A stretch of 64,000 bases of DNA from a virus (Duplodnaviria > Heunggongvirae > Uroviricota > Caudoviricetes), in the IMG/VR virus record IMGVR_UViG_3300043418_000226; one strand, written 5' to 3'. Under the pieces are notes generated by a model, which did no database searches, was not told the DNA's origin, and was given only the letters and a program-made list of their open reading frames with translations. Positions 1 to 9,146 of this stretch are shown in pieces. The translations under genes and the position numbers were made by a program. Numbering within the stretch: the first letter of the stretch is position 1; each line of letters begins with the position of its first letter.

Positions 1-1365
1 GGTGTTTGTAAGTACGGTGATGATTTTGTTTATTTAAAAATAGACCCAGAAAAAGGTATTATCGGGTGTCAACAACTTCCAAATATTGAAATTGAGAGAA
101 TTGAGGGAGCATCTTCAAAAACCGCATCTCTACACGATGTTAAATCTCCAACAAGAGAATTACGATTTCAATGGAAAAATAGGGACTTAGAATTTCAAGC
201 TTGGGAAGTTGCTCACTTTAGATTATTAGGTGACGACAGAAAGTTACCTTATGGTACTTCTATGTTAGATAAAATAAGGAGAATTTGGAAACAACTTTTA
301 CTTGCGGAAGATGCTATGTTAATTTATAGAACATCGAGAGCACCTGAAAGACGTGTATTTAAGGTTTTCGTTGGTAACATGGACGATAAAGATATCGAAG
401 CTTATGTACAACGTGTCGCGGGTAAATTTAAAAGAGACCAAGTTACAGACCCTAGAAATGGTAATGTAGATATGAGATATAATCAAATGGCGGTTGATCA
501 AGATTATTTTATACCCGTACGAGACCCATCTCAAACCAACCCAATTGAAACGTTACCGGGAGCTCAGAACTTAGGTGAAATTGCTGATATTGAGTACATC
601 CAAAAGAAATTATTAGCCGCACTTCGTATACCTAAAGCATTTTTAGGTTTTGAAGAAGTTGTTGGAGACGGTAAGAGTTTAGCATTAATGGATATTCGTT
701 TTGCTAGAACAATTAATAAGATACAAAAATCATTAATACAAGAATTAAATAAAGTGGCGTTAGTTCATTTATATCTTTTAGGTATGGAAGATGAATTAAA
801 TAACTTCACATTGTCTTTATCTAACCCATCGGCACAATCCGATTTATTAAAAATCGAACAATGGAAAGAAAAAGTTACTTTATATAAGGACGCAACATCT
901 GACCAATCTCAAGTTGGTATTTTGCCAGTATCCCATACTTGGGCTAAGAAAAACATTCTAGGATTTAGTGACGCTGAGGTTATTCTTGATTTACAACAAC
1001 AACGTTTAGAGAGAGCAATGGGATTTGAATTAACAAACACACAGAATATTATTAAACGTTCCGGTGTATTTGATGAAGTGGATTCTAAATACGGTATTCC
1101 CGAAGAAGAGAGAAAAGCTGCGGAAGAGGCGGGAGTCACAGGAAGTGAAGGACCAAGTGATATGGGAGGGGGTTCCGAACCCGCACCGGCTGCGTCGTCA
1201 GGACCTGAAGAACCGTTAAGTGAAGGTACTAAATCTAAAAAATCAAAAATCTTAGGTATGTTAGGTGAGGAAAAAGAAGATTTTAGTTCATTATTTGACA
1301 TGAAAAGGGCACAACAGAATATTTATGAAATAGAAAATAAATTGAAAGATATTTTAAACGATTAA
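1..1365 (+). CDS. gp20: Portal protein (T4 gp20-like), 5'-truncated by the window edge
   Basis: Frame 1 is open from base 1 (GVCKYGDDFVYLKID...) into the ORF at 262. Motifs LPYGTSML, LxEDAMLIYRxxRAPERRVF and LPGAQNLGEIADIEY are typical of gp20. It lies upstream of the protease, scaffold and capsid genes. Confidence 0.93.
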   Translation, partial: GVCKYGDDFVYLKIDPEKGIIGCQQLPNIEIERIEGASSKTASLHDVKSPTRELRFQWKNRDLEFQAWEVAHFRLLGDDRKLPYGTSMLDKIRRIWKQLLLAEDAMLIYRTSRAPERRVFKVFVGNMDDKDIEAYVQRVAGKFKRDQVTDPRNGNVDMRYNQMAVDQDYFIPVRDPSQTNPIETLPGAQNLGEIADIEYIQKKLLAALRIPKAFLGFEEVVGDGKSLALMDIRFARTINKIQKSLIQELNKVALVHLYLLGMEDELNNFTLSLSNPSAQSDLLKIEQWKEKVTLYKDATSDQSQVGILPVSHTWAKKNILGFSDAEVILDLQQQRLERAMGFELTNTQNIIKRSGVFDEVDSKYGIPEEERKAAEEAGVTGSEGPSDMGGGSEPAPAASSGPEEPLSEGTKSKKSKILGMLGEEKEDFSSLFDMKRAQQNIYEIENKLKDILND

Positions 1366-1368
1366 AAA

Positions 1369-2109
1369 ATGAATAATTTCGGAAAGATTAAATCTAAATT
1401 ACTAAAGAAGTTAACTGAGGCGTACGAGCAGGGGGAACTAAAAAACAATACAAAAAATTTAATTAAAGTAGTTAAAAAAAATAAAGACTTTAAAGAGATG
1501 TATATGTTTTACGAAGAAATCGAAAACAAATATTTCGACGATAAAGAAGTTGCCAGATTGTACGTAGAAGAAATCGGTAACATTTTAAAACAAAAATCAG
1601 ATAAAGTAAAAAGTTTCTGCGAAGTTATAAACATGTCCGTTTATGATACTCAAATTGATGAGAACGAATTATATGATTCTATTGATCAATTATTAGAAGA
1701 AGATAGTTTGAAGAATATAGATAAAAAAGTAATTGCTAAGAGAAAGTTAGTTGAACATTTAACAACTAAAAAACAATTGGAGGAAAAGAAGAATGAGAAT
1801 TTTTCAGTAAATGAGAATCTATTACACACAGTCTTAGTTAATAATTTTAATGTTTTATATGACAATACATTGAATGAAGAACAAAAAGAGACGTTAAAAT
1901 CTATTCTTTCAATATCTAACGATGAGTTGGAATTAAAGACAACTGAATTGAAGGAATCAATTATTGGACAAGTAAGTGGTTTATTAAATGAATCGAATGA
2001 TTCTGACTTTATAAATAAACTAACCAAAGTAAAAGATGAAGTATCTCAAATGGTACCATCAAAATACAATTACTACAGATTAACAGAATTAAAAAACGGT
2101 CTTAATTAA
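1369..2109 (+). CDS. Hypothetical head-associated protein (helical, several L-x-E motifs)
   Basis: 246-aa ORF directly after the portal; Lys/Glu-rich with KLTEAY, LNEEQ, LKESI, LLNES. Confidence 0.6.
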   Translation: MNNFGKIKSKLLKKLTEAYEQGELKNNTKNLIKVVKKNKDFKEMYMFYEEIENKYFDDKEVARLYVEEIGNILKQKSDKVKSFCEVINMSVYDTQIDENELYDSIDQLLEEDSLKNIDKKVIAKRKLVEHLTTKKQLEEKKNENFSVNENLLHTVLVNNFNVLYDNTLNEEQKETLKSILSISNDELELKTTELKESIIGQVSGLLNESNDSDFINKLTKVKDEVSQMVPSKYNYYRLTELKNGLN

Positions 2110-2119
2110 GACCGTTTTT
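2092..2119. terminator. Perfect 28-bp palindrome; putative bidirectional intrinsic terminator overlapping both stop codons
   Basis: AAAAACGGTCTTAATTAAGACCGTTTTT, with a T-run at the 3' end on both strands, at the convergence of the 1369 ORF and rpsU. Confidence 0.8.
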
Positions 2120-2293
2120 CATTTGTTGTTTATAGACTGCGGTTATTTTCTCTCTTCTCTTTAAAACTGAAGGTTTTACAAATTCTTGTCTTTCCCTTAA
2201 TTTAACAATTTGTTTTGTTTTTTGAACTTTATTCTTATAGGTTCTTAACGCAGATTCTATATTTTTTTCCTTACTTACTTCTATTATTATCAT
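2102..2293 (-). CDS. rpsU: 30S ribosomal protein bS21 (Bacteroidota-type)
   Basis: 63 aa with NIESALRTYKNK, LRERQEFVKPSVLKR and AVY(54)KQ matching the bS21 pattern. Phage bS21 genes among structural genes are known in freshwater Bacteroidota phages. Confidence 0.92.
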   Translation of the reverse strand: MIIIEVSKEKNIESALRTYKNKVQKTKQIVKLRERQEFVKPSVLKRREKITAVYKQQMKNGLN

Positions 2294-2310
2294 AATATAT
2301 AAGTATTCCG

Positions 2311-2340
2311 CAAATATATGATATTTTTTTGGTTATACAA
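2311..2340 (-). promoter_or_regulatory. Bacteroidota sigma70-type promoter upstream of rpsU (TTG-N19-TAnnTTTG)
   Basis: The minus strand reads TTG (2340-2338), a 19-nt spacer, then TATATTTG (2318-2311) followed by C. Confidence 0.6.
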
Positions 2341-2398
2341 CTTTTTTTCGTTATAATTTATACAACACCATAAAATAAAATATAATGAATAGAAAATA

Positions 2399-2824
2399 AT
2401 GAAAACAGGCAAGTATATCCCATTAGGGGTTTACAAAGACGTGAAATACGGTTATGGGACCGTAGATTTTAAAAATCTTAAAACGATTTACCTAAAATTA
2501 AACTCATGGTTACAACCGGAAAATGAAACGGACGATTTTGATAATCTTATTTCAAAATCAAGAAGAGGTGTTAAAGAAATAATTTACAATTTAAATAACG
2601 AGAATTTTAAACATCAATGTATTGTTGATTTGGATATTAGAACCAAAGGTATTAAATTAGAAAAAAGGTCTTTCATGAATTTAGAGATAACTCTTTACGT
2701 TGAAAAACAATTCGATGTTAGGTCAAAAGAAATTAAAACATCAATAACTAATATAATTGAAACTGTTATTGACAACGGTTTATCCAATAAAAAATTATTT
2801 AATTTTCACAAAAGCAAGAAATAA
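2399..2824 (+). CDS. Hypothetical protein
   Basis: 141-aa ORF with phage-like composition; no recognisable motif. Confidence 0.6.
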   Translation: MKTGKYIPLGVYKDVKYGYGTVDFKNLKTIYLKLNSWLQPENETDDFDNLISKSRRGVKEIIYNLNNENFKHQCIVDLDIRTKGIKLEKRSFMNLEITLYVEKQFDVRSKEIKTSITNIIETVIDNGLSNKKLFNFHKSKK

Positions 2825-2862
2825 CTTAGTTATCGATGTATTTATAGTAATAAAAACTATAA

Positions 2863-3546
2863 ATGAAGGTACTAGGTGCAAACGAAACGGGAAAAGGAAT
2901 TCTAATTGAATATGACGCAGGTCATGTATCTCCCGAAGAAAACAAGCAAATTATATCAGAAATGAAGAATATGGACTTTTCACAAGACCTTATTCTTTAT
3001 GCTGTTTTACAAAAATACGACACTCCAAATAAGAACGGTAGAATCTATCCCGAAATGTTACTTAAAAGGGAAAACGAAAAATACCAAACACTTATTAAAA
3101 AAGGTGGGGCTTTAAATGAATTAAATCACCCATCATCTTCTCTTATCGACTTAGATAGGGTATCACATTCAATTCTTGAAACTTGGTGGGATGGTAAAAT
3201 CCTAATGGGTAAAATAAAACTATTCACTTCTCCAGGTTGGAAGAAGATGGGTATTGTTAGTACTAAAGGTGACCAAGCTGCAATGTTATTAATGAACGGT
3301 GCCACGTTAGGTATATCTTCTCGTGGTGTTGGATCTCTTAAAAACGTTAGAGGAGAAAATATCGTTCAAGAGGACTTTGAGTTAGTTTGTTTTGATTTAG
3401 TATCATCACCTTCCACTCCCGGTGCTTATGTCTTTAGTGACCCTTCAGAAAGAGAACAATATCAAGAAGCAATACAAGAAAAACCTGCGGTTGACGACCG
3501 AATGAAAAAATTAATGGGTAAATTAGATACTTTTTTATCTAAATAA
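2863..3546 (+). CDS. gp21: Prohead core protease (T4 gp21-like)
   Basis: NKNGRIYP, ELNHP, VSH, GISSRGVGSL and FDLVSSPSTPGA motifs of the gp21/U9 family. Confidence 0.93.
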   Translation: MKVLGANETGKGILIEYDAGHVSPEENKQIISEMKNMDFSQDLILYAVLQKYDTPNKNGRIYPEMLLKRENEKYQTLIKKGGALNELNHPSSSLIDLDRVSHSILETWWDGKILMGKIKLFTSPGWKKMGIVSTKGDQAAMLLMNGATLGISSRGVGSLKNVRGENIVQEDFELVCFDLVSSPSTPGAYVFSDPSEREQYQEAIQEKPAVDDRMKKLMGKLDTFLSK

Positions 3547-3631
3547 CCATTTTTATTCGTGTAGATATATTGAAAAATAGAATTTTTCATTTTTCCGCAG
3601 TATTTATAAGATAATAAACAAAAATTTCACA

Positions 3632-4822
3632 ATGACTGAAAAATCAATTTTAGAACAAGCGTTACTTCAAGTACAAAATCTTGAAGAAGCCGTAAAGCAA
3701 AATGCAAAGGGTATACTTGCTTCAACTATGAAACAAGAACTGAATGACTTGCTTAAGGAATCATTGGAAGAAGAGGAAGAAGTTACAACCGAAGAGGAAG
3801 AGGAAACTCCAATCGACGAACAACCAAAACCTGAAGAAGAGGAAGACGATATGTCAGACGAAGAAGAAGAGGATAATGATACCGATTCTGATGATGCTGA
3901 AAATGACCAAGACCTCGATAACGATGAACCAAGTAAAGACATCGATTCATTAGATTCGGAAGAATCGGACGACGACACATCATTTGATGATATGTCAGGT
4001 GACGATTTTGGAAGTGAAGGTGATGAAGATGTTATGGACATGACCGGTGCTTCTGATGAAGAAGTATTAAAAGTTTTCAAAGCAATGAAACCAGAAGATG
4101 GTATCGTAGTTAAGAAAGACGGTAACAATGTTGAATTTGGAACAGGTGAAGACGACTACATTATCAAATTAGATAACGAAGAGGAAGAAGAAACTGAAAT
4201 GGCTGAAGAAGAGGAAGAAATGTCTAACGACGAAGAATCTCACTTATCAGAAGAAGAGGAAGAAACTATCTACGAAATCGAATTGGATGAAGAAGAGGAA
4301 GAAACTACAGAATCTGAAGAAGAGGAAGAAGTTGATTCCCCTGAAGAAGAAGTTGACGAAGCTGCAAGAACAATCGGAAATGGAGTTAGAGGACCGGCAC
4401 AAAAAATGAAATACAAAGCGGGTCGTCACGAAATGAACGAAGAAGTTGAAAAATTGAAAAAACAAAATGGTGAATACAAAAAAGCCTTAATTCTTTTCAA
4501 AGAAAAACTTAACGAAGTGGCAGTTTTCAATGCTAATTTAGCATACGCAACTCGTTTGTTCACTGAACATTCTACAACTAAACAAGAGAAATTGAACATA
4601 TTAAAGAGATTTGATTCAATTTCAACAATGAATGAGGCTAAAAATTTATTCGCATCAATAAAAGCTGAATTAGGAACTAAAACACCTGTAACTGAATCAG
4701 TAGTAGATAAAATCTCTAACGCACCATCAACATCATCTTCTCAAGAGGTATTAGCTGAGTCAAAGGCTTATGAAAATCCACAATTCAAGAGAATGAAAGA
4801 TTTGATGACAAAAATAAAATAA
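3632..4822 (+). CDS. Prohead core scaffold protein (gp22-like), highly acidic
   Basis: Sits between the protease and capsid genes; long Glu/Asp tracts, a coiled-coil C-terminus and many L/M-x-E sites (LKES, MNEE, LNEV, VTES, LAES). Confidence 0.8.
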   Translation: MTEKSILEQALLQVQNLEEAVKQNAKGILASTMKQELNDLLKESLEEEEEVTTEEEEETPIDEQPKPEEEEDDMSDEEEEDNDTDSDDAENDQDLDNDEPSKDIDSLDSEESDDDTSFDDMSGDDFGSEGDEDVMDMTGASDEEVLKVFKAMKPEDGIVVKKDGNNVEFGTGEDDYIIKLDNEEEEETEMAEEEEEMSNDEESHLSEEEEETIYEIELDEEEEETTESEEEEEVDSPEEEVDEAARTIGNGVRGPAQKMKYKAGRHEMNEEVEKLKKQNGEYKKALILFKEKLNEVAVFNANLAYATRLFTEHSTTKQEKLNILKRFDSISTMNEAKNLFASIKAELGTKTPVTESVVDKISNAPSTSSSQEVLAESKAYENPQFKRMKDLMTKIK

Positions 4823-4850
4823 TTAACTAAAAACAAAAACAAATACTAAA

Positions 4851-6584
4851 ATGGGAGCATTATTAGAATCAGGTATGGTTGGTAACATCGGGTTAAAACA
4901 CCTTAGAGTTATCAAAGAAGATACAATTAAAAAATGGGATGACTTAGGATTCTTAGAAGGATTAGACGGTCACCAAAAAGATAACATCGCGCAATTATAT
5001 GAAAACCAAGCGTCTTACTTAATCAACGAAGCAGCCGTGGCTGATGCGTCTGGTTCATTCGAGACTGTAGTTTTCCCTATTATTCGTCGTGTGTTCTCTA
5101 AATTATTAGCTAACGACATCGTGTCTGTACAAGCTATGAACTTACCAATTGGTAAATTATTTTTCTTCATTCCTAAAATTCAGGAAAGAACTCAAGCAGG
5201 TGGTCACTATTCTCCATTCGGTATTCCAGGTGGTGCAGGTGGATCAAGTGCTTCAACTGGTTATACAGGTACTAACCTTTACGATCGTTTCTACGAAGCA
5301 GGTGATGGTAACTCTGCTGACACAGGTCTTTTTGATTACTCAAAAGGTCAATACTCAGCTGTTACATTATCAGGTGGTACTGTAGTTACTTTCTCTAACG
5401 GAGTAGTTTCTAACGTAACTAACGCATCTTTAACAGGAACTTCACAATCTTCATTGATTGTTAAATTCACTGGATTTACAAAAGATGGTCAAGGTAAATT
5501 AATCGGACCAAACGGTAACGCAATGGACACTGAAGAATTCTTAGCTTCTGCTACAGTAGTTGTTTCAGGTGTTTCTCGTAACTTTAACATCGTAACTCAA
5601 AAATACGGTAAAGGTATCGTTGAATACGGACAAAAATCAGCAGCATCAGGTTATCCTTCAGGAAACTTTAATGATATCTGTGATGAAGAAGGTTCTATCT
5701 ACGTAAGTGTTGACTTACAGTCTTACTCAGCAACTGCTGGTTTCACTAACTCAACATTATCTAACTCATTCGCAGCAACTGATGTAACTTTAAACTACAG
5801 AGTATATGATACTTTGGAATTTGAAGACGAAATCGGTGAGGTTTCTTTCGATTTACAATCAGTAACAGTTTCTGTAACTGAAAGAAAATTAAGAGCTTCT
5901 TGGTCTCCTGAATTGGCTCAAGACGTTAGTGCATTCCACAACATCGATGCTGAAGCTGAATTAACAGCTTTATTATCTGAGCAAATTGCAGCAGAGGTTG
6001 ACCGTGAAATCTTACGTGACTTACGTAAAGGTGCAGCATGGACAGCTAAATGGGATTATAATGAGTGGAAATACGGTGGAGCATCAGGTGCTACATTACA
6101 AGGTTACACTCAAAAAGACTGGAACCAAACTTTGGTTACTAAAATCAACCAAATTTCAGCACAAATCCACAAAACTACCTTAAGAGGTGGAGCTAACTGG
6201 GTTGTAGTTTCTTCTGAAGTTTCTGCAGTATTTGATGACTTGGAATACTTCCACGTTTCAAACGCAGCACCTGAACAAGATTCTTACAACATGGGTATTG
6301 AGAAAATCGGAGCATTGGCAGGTCGCTACCAAGTATACCGTGATCCTTACTTCCCAGCAAGTAAAATCTTAATTGGTCACAAAGGAAAATCGTTATTGGA
6401 CGCAGGTTATATCTACGCACCATACGTACCTTTACAATTAACTCCAACAATGTACAATCCGTTTACAATGACACCTATCAAAGGTATCATGACGAGATAC
6501 GCTAAGAAAATGGTTAATAACCGTTACTTTGGTGTAATCACAGTAAGTGGAATTCAAACATTCAGCTTGGATACTTTAAGATAA
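4851..6584 (+). CDS. gp23: Major capsid protein (T4 gp23-like)
   Basis: VSVQAMNLPIG, RKLRASWSPELAQD, LSEQIAAEVDREI, YAPYVPL and GIMTRY motifs. Confidence 0.96.
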   Translation: MGALLESGMVGNIGLKHLRVIKEDTIKKWDDLGFLEGLDGHQKDNIAQLYENQASYLINEAAVADASGSFETVVFPIIRRVFSKLLANDIVSVQAMNLPIGKLFFFIPKIQERTQAGGHYSPFGIPGGAGGSSASTGYTGTNLYDRFYEAGDGNSADTGLFDYSKGQYSAVTLSGGTVVTFSNGVVSNVTNASLTGTSQSSLIVKFTGFTKDGQGKLIGPNGNAMDTEEFLASATVVVSGVSRNFNIVTQKYGKGIVEYGQKSAASGYPSGNFNDICDEEGSIYVSVDLQSYSATAGFTNSTLSNSFAATDVTLNYRVYDTLEFEDEIGEVSFDLQSVTVSVTERKLRASWSPELAQDVSAFHNIDAEAELTALLSEQIAAEVDREILRDLRKGAAWTAKWDYNEWKYGGASGATLQGYTQKDWNQTLVTKINQISAQIHKTTLRGGANWVVVSSEVSAVFDDLEYFHVSNAAPEQDSYNMGIEKIGALAGRYQVYRDPYFPASKILIGHKGKSLLDAGYIYAPYVPLQLTPTMYNPFTMTPIKGIMTRYAKKMVNNRYFGVITVSGIQTFSLDTLR

Positions 6585-6600
6585 TCTTAAACGTGTATAT

Positions 6601-6635
6601 AAAAAACCCTCGAAGAAATTCGAGGGTTTTTTTTT
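6601..6635 (+). terminator. Rho-independent terminator after the capsid gene
   Basis: AAAAAACCCTCGAA-GAAA-TTCGAGGGTTTTTT followed by further Ts; GAAA tetraloop. Confidence 0.9.
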
Positions 6636-6639
6636 GTTA

Positions 6640-6670
6640 TTGGTTTATTACATAATTTTATTTATATTTG
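6640..6670 (+). promoter_or_regulatory. Bacteroidota-type promoter (TTG-N20-TATATTTG)
   Basis: TTG at 6640-6642 and TATATTTG at 6663-6670, 4 nt before the ATG at 6675. Confidence 0.55.
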
Positions 6671-6674
6671 CACT

Positions 6675-6989
6675 ATGGCAGAAGTGGATTATAGTAAATT
6701 AAGATTAGACGTTTTAGAAAAGATGATTTACACAAGAGGAATCGAGTGTAAGATGAAAAAAGAGGAGATGGTTAAAATGTTGAAACTCGATGATGAGGGG
6801 AAATATAAATTACCCATGAAAGAGACAACCTATGAAAAATTTGAAAATGGTTTTAACGTAGGGATAGATTTAAGTAACAAATCACATTTGGTTCAAATCG
6901 GTAATCTCATCCTTAAAAAAGAAGCGAGAAACTTAATGAGATTCGCCAACGGTATGGTGTATTATTGGACAAAACAAAAACTAATATAA
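6675..6989 (+). CDS. Hypothetical protein, possible N-terminal HeH/SAP-like DNA-binding motif
   Basis: DYSKLRLDVLEKMIYTRGIECKMKKEEMVKML resembles the helix-extended-loop-helix pattern. Confidence 0.5.
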   Translation: MAEVDYSKLRLDVLEKMIYTRGIECKMKKEEMVKMLKLDDEGKYKLPMKETTYEKFENGFNVGIDLSNKSHLVQIGNLILKKEARNLMRFANGMVYYWTKQKLI

Positions 6990-7429
6990 TGAATTGGAAA
7001 GACTATTTTTTAAACATTGCGGAACAAGTTAAACTAAAATCTAAAGATGAATCGACACAGATAGGCGCCGTTATCGTGGGAAAGGACAAAGAGATACTTT
7101 CTACGGGTTATAATTCATTTCCGAGGGGTTTACAAGATAAAGTAAAAGAACGTCAAGAAAGACCTCAAAAATACTTTTGGATTGAACACGCAGAACGTAA
7201 TGCGGTTTACAATGCGGCAAGGATTGGTGTATCACTTAAAGATTCTACAATTTATTTGACCTCGGGACTACCGTGTGCGGATTGTGCAAGAGCAATAATA
7301 AATTCAGGAGTTACGACAGTTTATTGTAAAATTGAATGTACAACAAAAAATAAAGAGAAATGGTTAGAATCTCAAGAAATCAGTAAACAGATGTTAGGGG
7401 AGTGTGGTGTGGATATTATTTTTTATTAG
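6989..7429 (+). CDS. dCMP deaminase
   Basis: HAERN and PCADC zinc motifs, plus STGYNSFPRG. Probable start is MNWKDYF at 6989 (the ORF track starts at 6965). Confidence 0.93.
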   Translation: MNWKDYFLNIAEQVKLKSKDESTQIGAVIVGKDKEILSTGYNSFPRGLQDKVKERQERPQKYFWIEHAERNAVYNAARIGVSLKDSTIYLTSGLPCADCARAIINSGVTTVYCKIECTTKNKEKWLESQEISKQMLGECGVDIIFY

Positions 7430-7772
7430 GATATCTAACCATGAAATGTTTAGTTACGGATTTATCATCATTTTTAACGAAACCAAATCTTTTATAAAAA
7501 TTTACTAATCTTTTAAACGAAGACCCACCAAATGAAGTGTCCGGTGTTAAATAAATAGGTTTTGATTCTTTATCCGCCAAATTAACAATCTTATTCATTA
7601 TTTCGGTACCATAACCTTGTCCTCTTAGTTGTTTTGGTAATACGATGGATTCTAAATCGAATCTTTCACCACTGTCCCATAAATCAACTGATATATCATT
7701 ATCTATCGATAAATCGACGTATTTACCCTCTAACAGTTTAGTATATTGTGATTCAGTAATTAAAATTTTCAT
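7416..7772 (-). CDS. GNAT-family N-acetyltransferase with N-terminal MKILITESQY leader
   Basis: Acetyl-CoA motif A QLRGQGYGT and C-terminal LVNFYKRFGF. Likely start 7772. Confidence 0.8.
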   Translation of the reverse strand: MKILITESQYTKLLEGKYVDLSIDNDISVDLWDSGERFDLESIVLPKQLRGQGYGTEIMNKIVNLADKESKPIYLTPDTSFGGSSFKRLVNFYKRFGFVKNDDKSVTKHFMVRYPNKK

Positions 7773-7792
7773 AGATATTGTTTTTTTAAATG

Positions 7793-8614
7793 TTACCAAG
7801 TTCTACAAGCCCAATAACGAGGTTTCCAACGGGGACCCGGACTATCACATCCCATACGAGCCCTGAATGATTTACGTCTTTTAGGGTTATTTTTTTTAAT
7901 TACCATTCGTTTACCATGTGCAGATTTACCACCAAACCCAAAATTAACTTTAACGACTTTACCTTTATCGTTTTTAACGTATACTTTAAATTTCTTAATA
8001 TCACCTTGCATTATTTTACCCAATTGAACTTTACGTCCTTGGTATTCCGCCTCAGTTAACACATCGTTAGATACAAATTCAGTATCTTCCACAGGGCCCT
8101 CTTCAAAAATTCTTATATATTGGGTTTCGGTAATTTTAAGTTTCATTTTTTTATATTTTTTAGCATTGTTACAACCACATTTATGACAAGTGTAAGGATC
8201 TTCCCCACCATCTGATAATTTCCAACTCCAACCGCAGTTATCACATACAATTTTTTTATCTTTTTTTTCTGACTCATCGAAATGAGTCATCGTTGGTTTA
8301 TTACCCTTACCAACTTTTGGGTTTTTTTTCTCCGCACTTCTTTTTTGTGAAGTCATGGATTTTTTTTCTTTTTTACTATAAGAAGATGCAATTTTAGGGG
8401 TTTCTTTAGATACTTTTTTAGATGGTCTACATTTTGGATATGATTTACCATCAGCGTCTTTTCTACCACAAGGTGGATATTTCCCATCTACCTTTTTACT
8501 AACGTCAACCCACTTTTCTTTAAACCATCTTCTAAGGTCTTCTTTTAAAACCTCACCAGATTTAATAGATTCTTCAATGTATTTTTTATCTTCTTTTGAA
8601 ACTATGATTTTCAT
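7793..8614 (-). CDS. Modular basic protein (several small Lys/Cys-rich modules separated by x-x-E sites); putative internal head polyprotein
   Basis: Modules LKE|DLRRWFKEKWV..PCGR..YPKCRP, a CxxC-CxxC zinc ribbon, an internal MKLKITETQY, and LTE|AEYQGRKV...KVNFG...RRKSFRARMGC...RYWACRTW. Likely start 8614. Confidence 0.65.
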   Translation of the reverse strand: MKIIVSKEDKKYIEESIKSGEVLKEDLRRWFKEKWVDVSKKVDGKYPPCGRKDADGKSYPKCRPSKKVSKETPKIASSYSKKEKKSMTSQKRSAEKKNPKVGKGNKPTMTHFDESEKKDKKIVCDNCGWSWKLSDGGEDPYTCHKCGCNNAKKYKKMKLKITETQYIRIFEEGPVEDTEFVSNDVLTEAEYQGRKVQLGKIMQGDIKKFKVYVKNDKGKVVKVNFGFGGKSAHGKRMVIKKNNPKRRKSFRARMGCDSPGPRWKPRYWACRTW

Positions 8615-8615
8615 A

Positions 8616-9134
8616 TTATTTAGATTTTTTCCATCCACCACCTTTGGCTTTATAATGTTTTGCTGCCGCACCATTACAATATGCACTTGGACAAACATCA
8701 TATTTTGACCTCGCCCAAGCTAAAGATGATGCCCATAATTTTGGATTTGTTGGTGTGTTTTTACTTTCGTCAATTTCCATATCAACTGATTCGTCTTTAG
8801 GTTTTTTACCCTCTTTCTTCATATTGGTTGCAATTGCGGCTTGTTGTGATGGACTACTTGATTCATTTAAATCATTTTTTTTACTTTCATTCATAAAAAA
8901 ATCAAACACTTGGTCAACATTTTCTTTGGCACTTGATATGTGGTCATCTGCCCAATCATGACCGTTAGTTAAAAGGTCATTAATCATATTATGGTCAAGT
9001 TTTAATAACAAATCACATTGTCGTTTAATTTGTTCTAAATTACTAAAGAACATGTAATTTTCATTTGAATTCTCGTTTATAATTTTAGAAACAATTTCTT
9101 TAATTTGACTTTCTTTTAATTTAATAATTTTCAT
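8616..9134 (-). CDS. Modular protein with MKIIKLKESQ leader and C-terminal PTNPKLW...PSAY...YKAKGGGW module
   Basis: 172 aa; modules delimited by FMNE|S, LNE|S and IDE|S. The last module resembles a small basic domain widespread in large viruses. Confidence 0.6.
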   Translation of the reverse strand: MKIIKLKESQIKEIVSKIINENSNENYMFFSNLEQIKRQCDLLLKLDHNMINDLLTNGHDWADDHISSAKENVDQVFDFFMNESKKNDLNESSSPSQQAAIATNMKKEGKKPKDESVDMEIDESKNTPTNPKLWASSLAWARSKYDVCPSAYCNGAAAKHYKAKGGGWKKSK

Positions 9135-9146
9135 AATTATAAATAT

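Noticed and set aside
3667-4465. Antisense Ser-rich and Phe-rich ORFs over the scaffold gene
   Set aside because: They are shadows of GAA/GAT repeats on the opposite strand.
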